Source: Leucoraja erinacea
Taxonomy: Eukaryota
Reading direction: 5' to 3'
DNA: 64,000 nt
Assembly: GCF_028641065.1 (NCBI RefSeq)
Contig: NC_073403.1
Coordinates: 30,876,001 to 30,940,000 of the forward strand
Shown here: positions 1 to 11,229 of the stretch, piece by piece
Layout: each line of letters opens with the position of its first letter
How positions within the stretch are numbered: position 1 is the stretch's first letter
Notes under the pieces: generated by a model
What the model saw: only the letters and a program-made list of their open reading frames with translations
Told to the model about the DNA's origin: nothing
Database searches by the model: none
Position numbers and translations under genes: made by a program

Positions 1-560
1 GGAATCATTCTTGTAAACCTCCTCTGGATCCTCTCCAGAGCCGACACATCCTTCATCAGATACGGGGCCCAAATTTACTCACAGTACTCCAAATGCGGCC
101 TCAACAGCGCTTTATAGAGCCTCAGCATTACATCTCTGTTTTTGTATGCCAGTCCTCTTGATATAAATGCTAACATTGAATTTACCGTCCTTACTACTGA
201 TTCCACTTGCAAATAAACTTTTCCTTAAAAGTTAATGCACCTCCGATTTCTGGATTTTCTCTCCACTTTGAAAATTATCTATTATTCTAGAAAACTCCAC
301 TTAGAAAATAATCATTCTTATTACCAAAATGCACGACTCCGCACTTTGCTACACTGAATTTCATCTGTTACTTCTCTGCCCACTCTCCTAACCTGTCCAT
401 GTCCTTCTGCAGAGTCCTTGCTTTCTCTACACTAGCTGCCCCTCCACCGATGGTAGCACCATCTGCAAGGCCTTCAATCCCTCACCCAAATCATGAACAT
501 ACATCGTGAAAAGAAGCGCCCCCCAGCACCGTACCTTGCGGAACTCCGCGAGTCACTGGC
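1..560 (-). mobile_element. CR1 LINE RT 3' fragment
   Basis: Reverse complement resembles the CR1 C-terminal region (RPHLEYC..FW) found intact at 37667-38389. Confidence 0.65.
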
Positions 561-1238
561 AACCTGAAAAAGTGTCTCTGTAAATTGACCCTCGAGTGCA
601 GGGAATGGATGAGAAAGTGGGATAACATAAAACCACCGTTGTTTCATTATGTTCTGTCTCTATCTGGACGATACATAATGGACGATTAAAGCAGTCTTGC
701 TTACTTGAACTTTATTGTCTTTGTGCAGTTGTCATCTCTCTGCCTTAGTAACGTTATCTGAAACTGGGCCGCGAGCGCGGTGTCACCTCTAAAACAGTCC
801 CCCGTACAACAGTACGTAAATAAACAATCCTATTGTTACATCTTTCTTTTTCTTTTTTCAAGTTAGTCTCTTCCCCTTAGGTATTCTAGTGCAACAAACT
901 TGTACCATATGCTCTGCTCATTTACAACAGATCTAACAACATAAGCAATAATAAATCAACAGTTCAAAACATCAGTTTTCCAACAAGTGCATAAACAACA
1001 CATTTTCATTTCTTTCATTTTATTTATTTTTTTCTTTTCCTTACATAGTCCATACTCTAATCACTGAGTATAGTCTGTCAGGTAGTGGGGGTCTGATAAC
1101 TTGTCGACCTGACCTGATGACCATGTCTTGGTTCTCTGCTGGGCCATCTGGCAGTATGGCCGCCTCAGTCACTGTTGGTGTGGGTGTGTTTTGTGTTGGT
1201 GTGAGCGTGGTGAGATTGTGTCTGAGGTGGCGACGATT

Positions 1239-3572
1239 TCATCTCAGAACACCTCCTGACTCTAACTCCACCTCATACGATCTATGGCTCACCTGTTGGA
1301 CCACTCTCGCTGGTCTCCAGCCCTTGTGTGTGTCACAGGGCTGTACTCTCACACTGTCCTCTCTTTTCAGAGTGTCCATGTCTTTTGCTGTGCGGTTGTA
1401 GTACTTTTCCTGTCTCTGTCTGTTGTATTTCAGTCCCTGTTCGTCGTGTGTTACCTCTGGCTTCAGCAGAGTGTCCTTTGTGGGAAGCAGGGTCCTGGTC
1501 CTCCTGCTTAGGAGTCTCTGTGCCGGGCTTGTGTTGAGGCCCTGGCTCGGTGTGTTGCGATGATCCAGCATTGCCAAGTACAGATCCTGTCTCGCTGCTG
1601 CAACCTTCAGCATCAGGCGCTTGGCTGTCTTTACCGCTGACTCCGCCTTCCTATTACTCTGCGGGTATCCCGGCGACGATGTACTGTGTTCAAAACCCCA
1701 CTTCTGGCTGAAGTGCTGAAACTCTTGTGATGCATACTGGGGTCCGTTATCCGAGATAACAATGTCAGGAATCCCCTGTCGGGCAAAGTGGGTCTTGAGT
1801 TTTTTGATCACTGTGTTGCTCTTAATGTCAGGTAGATAATCGACCTCCCAAAAGTTTGAATAATAATCCACTGTTATCAGATAGTCTTTATTGTGAAAGG
1901 AGAAAAGGTCCGTTCCTACCTTGGCCCAGGGTCTGCTGGCCATGTCATGTGGATGTAGTGTCTCTCTTTGTTGCTTTGGGTCCACTGACCTACATATGTC
2001 ACATTTGGCGATGAAGGTCTTGATCTCCTCGTTCATTCCAAGCCAGTATACACACACCCTCGCTCGCCTCAGACATCCTTCTACTCCCAGGTGAGGGGAG
2101 TGGATCCTGTGAGTGATGTCCACCCCGAGTGCATCAGGTATCACGGCTCTGTCCCCTCGGAACACTATGCCATCCTGGAAACTCAGTTCATCTTGGAAAG
2201 TGTGGTAGTGCCTGATGTCACTTGGTAAGTCCTTTTTTCTCTTGGGCCACCCTGACAGTATTCTGTTTGCCACACTCTGTAACTTTGTGTCATCTTTTGT
2301 TGCAGCCCTGATGGCACTCAGCCTCTCTGCTGAAATGGGTAGGTAGCTGACCATGTTCACAGTCCCTATATCTGTCTCACTCTCTCCCTTAGTGCTCTCT
2401 AGTAAGTATGCTCTACTCAGCGTGTCTGCAAGTAGCATATCCCTGCCTGGAACATTTGTCACACTAATATCATACTGCTGCAGTCTCAGTAGCATTCTCT
2501 GCAGTCTCTTAGGTGCACTAAGTAATGGCTTTCTGTGTATATTTTCTAGAGGCGTGTGGTCGCTTTGTACTGTGACCTCTCTACCATAAGTATACTGATG
2601 GAACTTTTCCATCCCAAACACTATGGCTAAGCATTCTTTCTCTATTTGGGCATAGCCCCTTTCAGTTGGTGTGAGTGCCCTACTACCAAATGCTACCGGT
2701 TTACCTTTCTGTGTCAGGGCGGCCCCCAGTCCCGTGTCAGATGCATCACACTGAAGTGTCAACTCCTCTTCCTTGTTGTAGTACTGTAGAACTGGTGCTT
2801 TAGCGATTTTGTCTTTCAGTCTTTGAAACGCCCCTTCTTGGATGTCCGTCCATTCCCACATGTTCTCCTTGCGCGTGAGTTGTCTCAGAATCTCAGAGTC
2901 ATCTGAAAGGTGGTCATAGAACTTAGACAGATAGTTGACCATCCCAACTAATCTCTGTACCCCTTTCACGTCCGTTGGCCTTGGCATCTCTCTGATTGCC
3001 CGTACTTTCTCCGGGTCAACCCTCAGTCCCTCGGCCGTGAGCAGATGACCTATGTAGGGTACCTCTTTTTGTCTGAGCTTGAATTTGTCCGCGTTCAGCT
3101 TGATGTTACGCTCTCTGCACCTGGTTAGAAAGCGTCTGACTTTCTCGTCGTGGTCCTTTCCTGCCTCCTCTTGTGTTGCTCCTTCCCCCGTGATTAACAC
3201 ATCATCTGCTATGACGCAGACTCCTGGGAGGCCCTCCAGGGCCTGCATGAGCTTTCTTTGGAACACTTCCGGTGCTGGGCTTATTCCCATCGGCATCCTT
3301 AGCCAACGGAAGCGACCAAATGGGGTGGCGAATGTGGTAAGGTAGCTCGACTCTTCCTCTAGTTTGACGTGCCAGAAGCCTTGCTTCACGTCGCAGACTG
3401 TGAATACTTTTGCCTTTGACATCTCCGGCAGGATGTCATCTATAGTTGGGAGTGGATAGTGACTTATTTTTAGTGCCCGATTCAGAGGTTTTGGGTCTAT
3501 ACAGATCCTCAGCTTCCCATTAGGTTTTCTCACTGCGACCATGCTACTGATCCAGTCAGTGCTGCATTCCAC
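1239..3572 (-). CDS. Gypsy Pol (RT, RNase H, integrase)
   Basis: RICIDPKPLN, MPMGISPAPEVFQ, IADDVL (RT); QCDAS and YAQIEKE (RNase H); H-H-C-C zinc finger, GTDLF, SDNGPQY (integrase). Confidence 0.9.
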   Translation of the reverse strand: MECSTDWISSMVAVRKPNGKLRICIDPKPLNRALKISHYPLPTIDDILPEMSKAKVFTVCDVKQGFWHVKLEEESSYLTTFATPFGRFRWLRMPMGISPAPEVFQRKLMQALEGLPGVCVIADDVLITGEGATQEEAGKDHDEKVRRFLTRCRERNIKLNADKFKLRQKEVPYIGHLLTAEGLRVDPEKVRAIREMPRPTDVKGVQRLVGMVNYLSKFYDHLSDDSEILRQLTRKENMWEWTDIQEGAFQRLKDKIAKAPVLQYYNKEEELTLQCDASDTGLGAALTQKGKPVAFGSRALTPTERGYAQIEKECLAIVFGMEKFHQYTYGREVTVQSDHTPLENIHRKPLLSAPKRLQRMLLRLQQYDISVTNVPGRDMLLADTLSRAYLLESTKGESETDIGTVNMVSYLPISAERLSAIRAATKDDTKLQSVANRILSGWPKRKKDLPSDIRHYHTFQDELSFQDGIVFRGDRAVIPDALGVDITHRIHSPHLGVEGCLRRARVCVYWLGMNEEIKTFIAKCDICRSVDPKQQRETLHPHDMASRPWAKVGTDLFSFHNKDYLITVDYYSNFWEVDYLPDIKSNTVIKKLKTHFARQGIPDIVISDNGPQYASQEFQHFSQKWGFEHSTSSPGYPQSNRKAESAVKTAKRLMLKVAAARQDLYLAMLDHRNTPSQGLNTSPAQRLLSRRTRTLLPTKDTLLKPEVTHDEQGLKYNRQRQEKYYNRTAKDMDTLKREDSVRVQPCDTHKGWRPARVVQQVSHRSYEVELESGGVLR

Positions 3573-5016
3573 TAGTGTGATTATCCCTCTTCTCTCTAGA
3601 TCTTTGTTCCTCTTGTAGAGGTGTCATCATAGCTACAGGCACTCTGCGCTTTGGCAGTTTCACTGGCGGTACTCTGTCATCTATCTCTATTCTATATTCA
3701 CCCTCCATGCAGCCATCTCCGGTGAACACATCCTCAAACTCTTCATTTATTTTGTCCATGGTCACGTATTTGCCACTTTCTCCCTTTGTCACTGGGCTCG
3801 GCTCTTTCTTCACTATGTTGTCTATAGCCAGAATATTCTCGTACTGTACTTTTATCAACTTCATTGCCTCGCTGGCTTTTCTGCCCAGTAAAGGGATTCT
3901 GCTACTCTGGTCAACCACTTGAAACTCTAGTCTGTACAGCTTGTTGTTTCTGGGGTTTCTGACCTTTACCTTACATGTACCCAGAGGAGTCAACTTGGTC
4001 TTGTTATACATCATTAGCACTTTCTCAGTGTGCTCTAACTGTGTGTCTGGGTTTAGTAGATCGATGGGGATGATATTACAGGTGGCCCCACAGTCTATCT
4101 GGAAGTCAACTAACTTTTCCCCTATCTTCATTCCTGCAAAGAGCTGCTGGCCCTGACTGTGGCTGTTTTTAACCTGGTTTACAGTTTCATCCTCTCTATT
4201 TGCTTCAGTTATACAGTTGACATCCTCATAAGAGTCACTGTCACTAGTCTGCTCTGTAACTGCATGCACTTTCTTAGTTTTCCTACTGCTCTCTTGTCTC
4301 GATCTGCACTGAGCTGCAAAATGATTTTCCTTTCCACACCTCTTACACTTTTTCCCAAAAGCTGGGCATTTTTTCTTATTCCTCTCGTGTGTTCTACCAC
4401 AAAACTTGCACAGTATCTCATTGTCTTTTTGTCTCTCTTCTGCCTGTTTCAGTGCATGTACCTCCTTCACTGTCTGTCCTTGCAGTGTTCTGCTATTCTC
4501 CCTTGACAGCTCTGTAGCTCTACAAATGTGCAGGCATGTCTCAAGAGTCAGCTTCTCTTCCCTGAGTAATCTCTCCCTCAGTGCTGAGCTATTTGTACCG
4601 CACACAAGTCGATCTCTAATCAATGAATCTCTAATGTCCCCAAAGTTGCAACTACTAGCAAGTATTTTCAAGTCTGTTCCATAGCTGTCCACGTTTTCAT
4701 CCAATCCTTGGTTCCTCATGAAGAATCGGTACCTTTCCACAGTCTCGTTTACCTTTGGGTTGCAGTACTCGTCAAACTGTATGATCATTGAACTCACTGT
4801 GGTCCTCGCTGAAGGGCTAGCACTCGACAAAGTTGCCCAAAGTTCCCTGCCTTTTTCTCCGATGAGATCGTTGAATAGCTTGACTTTTGTGGTCTCTACG
4901 GCGTCTGGCATGGTAAGGTCCATGTACAGCGTAAACTCCTCCTTCCAATTTTTCCATGACTTCGCCAAGTTGTTGGAATCCAAAACCAAAGTTCCAGGGG
5001 GTTTTAGCCCTTCCAT
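3556..5016 (-). CDS. Gypsy Gag (zinc knuckles) plus aspartic protease
   Basis: CKFCGRTH...CPAFGKKCKRCGKENHFAAQC knuckles and the IDCGATCN protease motif. Frameshifted from pol near 3605. Confidence 0.85.
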   Translation of the reverse strand: MEGLKPPGTLVLDSNNLAKSWKNWKEEFTLYMDLTMPDAVETTKVKLFNDLIGEKGRELWATLSSASPSARTTVSSMIIQFDEYCNPKVNETVERYRFFMRNQGLDENVDSYGTDLKILASSCNFGDIRDSLIRDRLVCGTNSSALRERLLREEKLTLETCLHICRATELSRENSRTLQGQTVKEVHALKQAEERQKDNEILCKFCGRTHERNKKKCPAFGKKCKRCGKENHFAAQCRSRQESSRKTKKVHAVTEQTSDSDSYEDVNCITEANREDETVNQVKNSHSQGQQLFAGMKIGEKLVDFQIDCGATCNIIPIDLLNPDTQLEHTEKVLMMYNKTKLTPLGTCKVKVRNPRNNKLYRLEFQVVDQSSRIPLLGRKASEAMKLIKVQYENILAIDNIVKKEPSPVTKGESGKYVTMDKINEEFEDVFTGDGCMEGEYRIEIDDRVPPVKLPKRRVPVAMMTPLQEEQRSREKRDNHTSGMQH

Positions 5017-5138
5017 CGCTGTCAGCTAGCTGTTGGGTTTTTTTTTTTCTTTGCCGGCTTCTGTAAGGCTAACGTTAGCCTGCTGCTAGCTAGCTAAACT
5101 TTCACTTTTCTCGTTAATTCTGCCAATTATCCACGTCC

Positions 5139-5156
5139 ATCCCACCGCTGCCACCA
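5139..5156 (-). promoter_or_regulatory. Primer binding site complementary to the tRNA-Leu 3' end
   Basis: The + strand reads ATCCCACCGCTGCCACCA, which matches the 3' end plus CCA of vertebrate tRNA-Leu(AAG/UAG) as I recall it. It abuts the 5' LTR. Confidence 0.8.
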
Positions 5157-6120
5157 TGTTTCATTATGTTCTGTCTCTATCTGGACGATACATAATGGAC
5201 GATTAAAGCAGTGTTGCTTACTTGAACTTTATTGTCTTTGTGCAGTTGTCATCTCTCTGCCTTAGTAACGTCATCTGAAACTAGGCCGCGAGCGAGCGCG
5301 GAGTCACCTCTAAAACATTTCCCCGTACAACAGTACTTAAATAAACAATCCTATAGTTACAACCGTGAACGAGTGATCGATGGTCAGTGTGGATTCGGGC
5401 CTGTTCCCATGCAATATCTCTGACATAAACTAAACGTGTTTTACTCCAGCGAGTTTAGATTTGACGGAACGGCTGTAAAACAAAGGTTTTCACAATATCT
5501 CAATACACGTGACAATAATAACCCAATACCAGTTTACCCCGTTTCCCTTCAGCCTCTCAGCGGGACCCGAGCGGTTCACACACACGCCCACTGTCGGATG
5601 TGACGAGCCCGTCTCTGTCCCCGGGACACTTTCGCTTCGGCCGCTTCCCCTCGACAGACCGAGCCGGAGACTTCACACTCGGCTACAAGTCGTTTAATTT
5701 CAAGGAGAAGCAGAAATGTCTGGTGTAAAGAACAGAGAGGCAGAAGCACTTTCTTCTCGGAGAGCAGAGTGTGGGTCCGGTGTATCGGCGCTGAGAGAGT
5801 CGCCATCAACCAAGCGGCCGCGACCCGTCTCCCCGCACTGTCCCCCTGAGATGTGGCTTCAACGCAGTTGGGTGAGTGGAGGGGCGGCTTTAACACAATC
5901 TCTGTCCGTGGCTCCGAGGGTGAGCGCTGAAAGGCGCAGTGTTATTATTACCCGGATAAAATGCAGCCCCCAGCGATGCACAGACAGAGACACGTCCCCT
6001 CCTCACCCCGTCCCCTGCCGAGACTGAGCCTCCCCCACAACACCTGTGACCCCCCCCCCCCCCCCCCGATGTGAACCTGCGAAGCTCTGAGCCGCAGCGC
6101 TGCTTGTTCTCTCCCATCGT

Positions 6121-6268
6121 GGATTTCCCCGTCGCTGCTGCGGGACTCTCCCACTTTCACATTCCTTACTTCAGAACGGAGACCGCTCTCTCCCGCCACT
6201 TTCCAAATTTCCAGTGGCATAAATTCACTTTTCAAACATCAGCTATTTCGGATTGTAGCATATTAAAG
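6121..6268 (+). promoter_or_regulatory. IFN-A promoter: NF-kB and IRF motifs with TATA-like box
   Basis: GGATTTCCCC (6121-6130, kB site); GGGACTCTCCCACTTTCACAT from 6142 (kB plus IRF); ACTTTCCAAATTTCC and AATTCACTTTTC (IRF-like); CATATTAAAG at 6259-6268. Confidence 0.7.
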
Positions 6269-6442
6269 CGGGCAGCATGGCAGAGACAACTGACAGAATC
6301 CACAGCCACCGGTCTCGGCAGCACAGGCGGCAGCTCCCGGATCACAAGTCGCTGCATTTCCATATCCAGAATTTCAGTCAGCGATCAGGAACCGTTTTCG
6401 TAGCTGATTCGTGTCTCAGATCGGTGCTTTACTCAGTGCACG

Positions 6443-9400
6443 ATGAAGATTGTTTTGGGCAGTGTTTGCAGAGTTTGGATTGTGTGTGTGTTGTTGTCCG
6501 GCTCCCTGAGCCTGGGCTGTGAGAGGCTGCAGTTACTGCAAGTTCTCAACACGGACACTCTGGGCAAACTGAACGAAATGGTGAGTTGTACACGCTCCCA
6601 GAGGCGGATATTTGTTGTTAAAAAGTCAGTGATTACATGGAGCCTGTTCTCTAGTATTTCGCTTTCTGGGGATGTTTATATTCTGCACTCTGTATCTCCC
6701 CCTTCGCTCCACCCATTGTACTTGTTTGCATTTACAACATTATTATCTGTTTAGAATGGATAGCAACAAAAGCTCTGGGGTTGTGAGTAACGTTGGAATC
6801 TTTTCTCTCAGGGTGGCCACCTACCCCGACAGTGTGTGACTGAGCGGCGGTCGCTGAAAACCAAGCCCTTGAACCTGGTGAAACTTTCCATGGGGGTTAC
6901 GGTGAGTTAACTCTGCATTTTACTTAAACGTCGTTCACTCAAGATCTTTATGTTAAGTAATTGAAGAACCCCATTTAATTCTTTGCCAGAGAAAGTGATA
7001 TCAGTTCTTCCACACCACGGTACTCTCTATTTCTGACTCCATTACTGAGCTCGTTCACACTGAATGTATCTCACTGGAGTTAACACACCTCTTCCATCTC
7101 TCTCTCTCCCATTCACTAGTAGCCTGTGCTCTGCATCTTCTCATCATTCTACATGCTCTACTACTGTGTTGCACCCTCAATCATCTTCTGCCGTTCACAC
7201 TTACACCCTCTATACCTGTTTTACCTCTATTCCAGTTATCTCACCCACCTATTGAGTTTACATCTTGACTTAACCTCCTGGGAATACTCTACTCCCCTCA
7301 AAGCATCTCACAACCTGTGTCCACCATAGGCGGTGTCACCATTGACACCACACTAACCTGTTGATGACTGAGCGCAGAGAGGGATTCTGAGATTCACTTC
7401 TGGTCTAGTTAAATATTTCCACATTTCAGCAAGTCCATTGGGTTCAGGGAGGAGAAAGCACGGGGAGTCAGAGGAGAGGTGTACAACATTATGAGTGTCT
7501 TAGTACGGGTAGACAGCCTTTATATTTCCCCTGTAGCAGAGATATCTGTAACAAGAGGCCATGAGTTTGAAGAAAAATGTAAATGTTTAGACTGCCTACA
7601 AAGAAACATCTTTGTCCAGTCTATAGCTGGATTCTGGAGTGCACTGCCTAGTATTGGGATCAACATGGTACAGCAGGCTCAATTGTTGGCCTGTCTTGAT
7701 AGATAATGGAAAGAGTGAAAGTAGATACCAGGAACTACAGATACTGGTTTACAAAAAAAACAAAAAACTGATGGAGTAATTAAGCAGTTACCTCAGCACT
7801 TTGTGTCTTTTGTTTTACACAATGCGAGGTAGAGATAGAGAGGGCTGAAGGACCTATATTGTATCTCCATCGTGCTGTGGTTGTTGACATACCCCCCAAC
7901 TGAAGTTTTGAAGTGTAGAAGGTGTGTGTGCTGAATTCTTCCTGTTATTATTATGGGGTGGTTGTTACACATCCGCTACCTGAAGGTCTTGATATGATGA
8001 ATGTTCAGACAAATTACAAGACTCTTCCTCCCTCCTTTAATCTTTTTAAGTCCCCCATCCCCTAACCAACTCGCCTTTGTGCCATTTCTGGACCTACAGA
8101 TTTACCATACAATTGTTCATAAGCCCATATGTTATTGGAACAGATTTAGGCCATTCGGCCCATTGTGTCTACTCTGCCATTCAGTCATTCATTACGTATC
8201 TTTATCTCTCAACCTCATTCTATTGCCTTCTCCCCTTAAATGCTGACATCCGTACAAATTTAGAATTCTGTCTAACTATGCCTTAACAATGCACTTTGAA
8301 TTGGCCTCCACACTCAACAGTCCAATTAATACCACAGATTCACCATCTGTCTTAAGAAATTCACCCTCATCTCCTTTCTAATGGCACGCCCCATAATTCT
8401 GAGGCTATTGCCTCTGGTCCAAGACTCTTCCACTAATGGAAACATCCTCTCCACATCCACTCTTTCCAGGCCTTTCATTATTTAGTAAATTACAAAGAGG
8501 TCATTCCTCATCTTTCTGAATGACAGCAAGTACATGCCCAGTGACATCAAACACCCATCACATGTTCACCCAATCGTGCCTGGGATCATTCTTGTAGAAC
8601 TCCGCTGGACCCTATCCAATGCCAGCATATCCTTCCTCAGACATGGGGACGAAAACTGCTCACATTACTCCAAATGTGGTCTGACCAGTGCCTTGTAAAT
8701 CCTCAGCATTACATCCCAGCTTTGATGGAATTATGAACTTTGACGGAATTTGCAATTGAATTTGCTCTTGCCTTCAGAAGTTATTGTTCAATTGTTTCAC
8801 ACAATCAATTCAGGCAACTGTTTCCTTTTATACATCTTTACTGACATTGTACACCTCTATAAAATCTCCAAGTCACATTCACTGTTTGATGAGATTAGTC
8901 AGATCTTCTCCCATCTCTCCCTGTAATTCTGGTCCTTCAGCATAGATTGTATTCTTGCAAAGTTTTCACATTCCATCAAAGACCGTGACACTGTGTCCTG
9001 CATCTGAGGCTGTACTGCTTGTTAATTGATCATACACTGTTTAAACCTCTAACTACAGATTACAATTCCACTGGCTCTGACCTTCTTTCAGTTCTGTGTG
9101 TATAGCAAGCCTCCAGTCGAGAGTTAATTGTCTGAAATAGGTGCTTGATTGTGACTTATCCTATTCTGCTAATATTGTTAAGCATTATATTTCAATTTAA
9201 ACCAGATTGGATCCAGGATCTGGCTAATGTCTCTATGTGTGTTTTGCACAGGCCCAGGACAGGATCCAGATTGTCCATCAAACACTGCATCACCTCCGCA
9301 GGATCTACAGCATGAACCTGAGCTCAGTAACGTGGGTCCAGGCCACAGTGGAACACTTCAGGCTTCTCCTGGATCGGCAGTTCAGAGAGCTGGAAGTCTG

Positions 9401-9693
9401 TGTCAGGAAACCAAGCACAGGGTCCAGGGCAAGGAAGAATGCCACAGTTCATAAATACTTCAGGAAACTGAGAAAGTTTCTGAAACTGAAGGTGAGCTAA
9501 TTGTCATGAAACTATGTGATTACTAACAGATTTTACAGACAAATTATTTCTGTTCATTATCTAATACATTTTCTCGATATTTTCCCTTTTGCAGGGATTC
9601 AGTGACTGTGCCTGGGAAATAACTCGCGCTGAGACCAGGGCACATTTACAACAGCTCCTTCTCATCATGGCAACAATCAGCAGGGAACAATGA
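6443..9693 (+). CDS. Type I interferon gene A; join(6443..6580,6812..6901,9252..9491,9595..9693); 188 aa
   Basis: Hand-spliced with GT-AG phase-0 introns. Exon 1: MKIVLGSVCRVWIVCVLLSGSLSLG (signal peptide) then CERLQLLQVLNTDTLGKLNEM. Exon 2: GGHLPRQCVTERRSLKTKPLNLVKLSMGVT. Exon 3: AQDRIQIVHQ...ELEVCVRK...KYFRKLRKFLKLK. Exon 4: GFSDCAWEITRAETRAHLQQLLLIMATISREQ*. CAWE, the YF..L..FL helix and four cysteines are type I IFN hallmarks. Confidence 0.93.
8130..8720 (-). mobile_element. CR1 LINE 3' fragment in IFN-A intron 2
   Basis: Degenerate reverse copy of the CR1 3' end (aggccattcggccc...ctccaaatgtggtctgacc). Confidence 0.7.
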
Positions 9694-10189
9694 GGATATT
9701 TCAGAGACTGAATCATAAGAGACTCAAATTGATGACTATTTAATGTACCTTTTTGTTACAGAAAATATTTCTTATCATATTAGTATTACATTCCTGGAGC
9801 AAAACTGAAAAATTACTGGAAGGACACAAAGTGCTGGAGTAACTCAGCAGATCAGGCAGCATCTCTGTAGAATATGGTTCGATGATGTTTCAAGTTGAGA
9901 CCATTCTTTAGATCTCTTATGCCGGATACGTGATACATGAAAAATGGAAGATGTTCAAACAACTCAGTACGTGTGGAGTGGAAATCTGAGTTATCCTAGG
10001 TCAAATAAACTGGAATTACCAGAAATTTTAACTGTTTTTCAACCAGAATTATTATTATTCAATCAGAAGCGTTAGTTATATTTTCTCATCTTAGCTGTTT
10101 TTCTGAACTGTGGAGTATATCCAGCATTTTACAATGTATTATTCCGTTATTTTGACGATTGAGTCATGAAGAACAAAGAACATTTGGAT

Positions 10190-10453
10190 ATTTCTCTTTA
10201 TTTAAGTGTTGATTTAATTTATTGATATTTATTTTTGTACCATTATCCTGTGGTGAACTATGAATCTTGAAAAATCCTCTCATTCAAAGAATGACAAATT
10301 TAGTAAATTAATTAAATTCATTTAGTGAATATATTCATTTCAGTTTATTTATATTTGCACTGGCATATTTTTAAGCATATATCAACAGTGGTCAAAATCT
10401 TTGTTAATTTATTGTATTTTATAGAAAAGTGGATATTTTTTTTGTAAAATAAA
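10190..10453 (+). promoter_or_regulatory. IFN-A 3'UTR AU-rich elements and poly(A) signal
   Basis: Many ATTTA/TTATTTA pentamers; AATAAA at 10448-10453 followed by a T/GT-rich tract. Confidence 0.6.
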
Positions 10454-11229
10454 CTATTTTTCAATGAAATGCGGATATAATGTGTTTTCAATATTGCATA
10501 TTTTTAGCATTGTATTTATTTTTGCCAATCTGTCTAATGAATGGGAATTCTCGCATTTCCAGACAAGTCCCTTGAATATATTTTTCCCTCTGTAATCTCA
10601 CATCGCATAAACAAAGTATGTGGAGGTCAAGATGCCAGTTTTTTGGACTTATGTGAGACCCCATTTGGAGTATTGCCTGCAGTTCTGGTCACCATGTTGC
10701 AGGAAGTATGTGTAGGCTTTGCAGTGTTGGCAGTATGGGTTTACCAGACTGCTGCATGGACTAAGGTTGATCAGCTGTCAGGAGAGGTTGCACAAACTTT
10801 GCTTGGAAAGGGTAGACAGAACCCTTTTCCCAGGATAGGAATGTCAGCTTTAAGGAGAATAGGGCAAAATGTGATGGAGATGTGTGGGGCAAGTTTGTTA
10901 CTTCTTGGGGCAAGATGGTTGCCTGGAATGGGGTGCTGGTGATGGTAGTTAAGGCAGAGATAACATTGGCAATTAGATGCCTTTAAATAGAGACATGGAT
11001 ATTCAGGAGATGGAACGGGAGGCAGAGGTAATTAGTTTAACTTGGCATGGAAATTATAGGTCAAATGATCTGTTCTCTGCTGTACTGTCCTATATCCCAT
11101 GTTGTCCTGGGGACTGGCCAAAGCCTCCTGACTCATCTCCATTGGATGTAAAAATGTAAAAAATGGATCAGCCTCCAGTTACCACAGCCAGTGCTTGGGG
11201 CATCTCAGCAAGTTTGTCACATCGAAGGT

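Larger units (their letters stand above)
640..5361 (-). mobile_element. Full-length Gypsy/Ty3 LTR retrotransposon
   Basis: TG...CA LTRs at 640-840 and 5157-5361 (8 substitutions plus a 4-bp indel by eye). TSD ACCGT at 635-639 and 5362-5366. Primer binding site at 5139-5156; purine tract next to 841. Contains gag-pro and RT-RNaseH-integrase ORFs. Confidence 0.95.

Noticed and set aside
3595-3615. Possible programmed gag-pol frameshift
   Set aside because: It falls in the RT N-terminal region, downstream of the protease, with no clear slippery heptamer. A small deletion is more likely.
6277-6522. 81-aa ORF overlapping the IFN start out of frame, also present at 23861-24106 (candidate uORF)
   Set aside because: Its ATG is only about 10 nt after the TATA-like box, so it probably lies upstream of the transcription start. 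Its conservation is explained by A/C sequence identity.
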